Part shown: positions 5,279 to 5,997 of the stretch, piece after piece
How positions within the stretch are numbered: the first letter of the stretch is position 1
How the letters are laid out: each line of letters opens with the position of its first letter
Source of the DNA: Octopus sinensis
Taxonomy: Eukaryota
Length of the DNA: 5,997 nucleotides
Direction: 5' to 3'
Assembly: GCF_006345805.1 (NCBI RefSeq)
Contig: NW_021829572.1
Coordinates: 1-5,997, forward strand
Translations under genes and position numbers: made by a program
Notes under the pieces: model-generated
Told to the model about the DNA's origin: nothing
The model's input: the letters and a program-made list of their open reading frames with translations, nothing else
Databases searched by the model: none

Positions 5279-5378
5279 AGTGTTTGTGTGAGGACACACA
5301 CACACGTGTGTGTGTGTGTGCATGTATACATGTGGCATTGATTGTGTATACGTGTGTGTGTGTATATATATATATATG
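5279..5378. repeat. (TG)n/(AC)n/(TA)n compound microsatellite
   Basis: Includes (AC)6(GT)6 at 5294-5317 and (TA)n at 5363-5377. Confidence 0.85.
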
Positions 5379-5380
5379 TC

Positions 5381-5758
5381 GGAGTGGCTGTGTGGTAAGT
5401 AGCTTGCTTACCAACCACATGGTTCCGAGTTCAGTCCCACTGCGTAGTACCTTGGGCAAGTGTCTTCTACTATAGCCTTGGGCCAACCAAAGACTTGTGA
5501 GTGTATTTCGTAGACAGAAACTGAAAGAAGCCCGTCATATATATGTATATGTATGTATGTATGTGTGTGGTGTATATGTTTGTGTGTGTTTGTCTCACCA
5601 ACATCGCTTGACAACTGATGCTGGTGTGTTTGCGTCCCCGTCACTTAGCGGTTCGGCAAAAGAGACCGATAGAATACTACTAGGCTTACAAAAAATAATT
5701 TGTTCGACTGAAGGTGGTACTCCAGGATGGCCGCAGACAAATAAAGGATTAAAAGAAT
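5381..5758 (+). mobile_element. tRNA-derived SINE, family 2, near-full-length copy with 3' deletions
   Basis: Collinear with 3554-3720 (head) and 4071-4266 (body): A/B boxes, CORE-like segment, internal TA/TG microsatellite and 3' body. Lacks GTCCTGGGGTCGA at 5698/5699. Confidence 0.9.
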
Positions 5759-5760
5759 CC

Positions 5761-5830
5761 ATATATATACATACATACACACACACACATATATATAATA
5801 TTATATATATATATATATTATATATATATA
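5761..5830. repeat. (TA)n/(CATA)n/(CA)n compound microsatellite
   Basis: Direct inspection. Confidence 0.85.
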
Positions 5831-5997
5831 CGCGAGAAAGAAGCAACAAGAATGGATAGGTTTTTAGTACGATCGTTTCATACAAGGACAGGTTTTATTA
5901 AAAGTTGCAAAGATTACAGCATATAAACGAGTCCCGTACTCATCAGCTAAAATACATGTAAGTTCTCTAGACATCCTAGTGTTTGGGCTATACTCAT

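Noticed and set aside
4210-5279. Several long ORFs rich in TH/CV/TDRQ repeats on both strands
   Set aside because: Products of TG/CA/TCTG microsatellites, which lack stop codons.
3581-5885. Remaining short ORFs (3581-3769, 3829-4134, 3975-4184, 5226-5486, 5263-5475, 5408-5644, 5497-5859, 5595-5885)
   Set aside because: They overlap family-2 SINE copies and microsatellites, and the same peptides recur in each copy.
5920-5963. Possible 38-bp exon ending at a GTAAGT donor (5958-5963)
   Set aside because: The acceptor lacks a polypyrimidine tract, the peptide is uninformative and a lone hexamer is common.

Overview
Repeat-saturated eukaryotic intergenic or intronic DNA. The SINE families and microsatellite load look like Octopus (coleoid cephalopod); this is recognition from memory, not a database result. 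There is no intact gene, and nearly all ORF-track entries are translations of microsatellites or SINEs. I found no convincing new biological system. The most informative part is 1-2407, a nested set of events. (i) Decayed minus-strand fragments of a non-LTR retrotransposon ORF of the restriction-like endonuclease (RLE) type, in permuted order. (ii) A 750-bp TA-flanked Tc1/mariner (pogo/Tc2-like) MITE that splits one of those fragments; the reading frame is restored when the MITE is removed. (iii) A tRNA-derived SINE whose headless 3' part is amplified as five ~184-bp tandem units. (iv) A 233-bp inverted copy of positions 1-235 inserted between that SINE's A and B boxes with no target-site duplication. 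The rest holds a two-unit (CAT)n higher-order repeat, a second SINE family (one copy with a triplicated 5' module, one with 3' deletions), long TG/TA/TCTG tracts and a few short unique islands of uncertain function.
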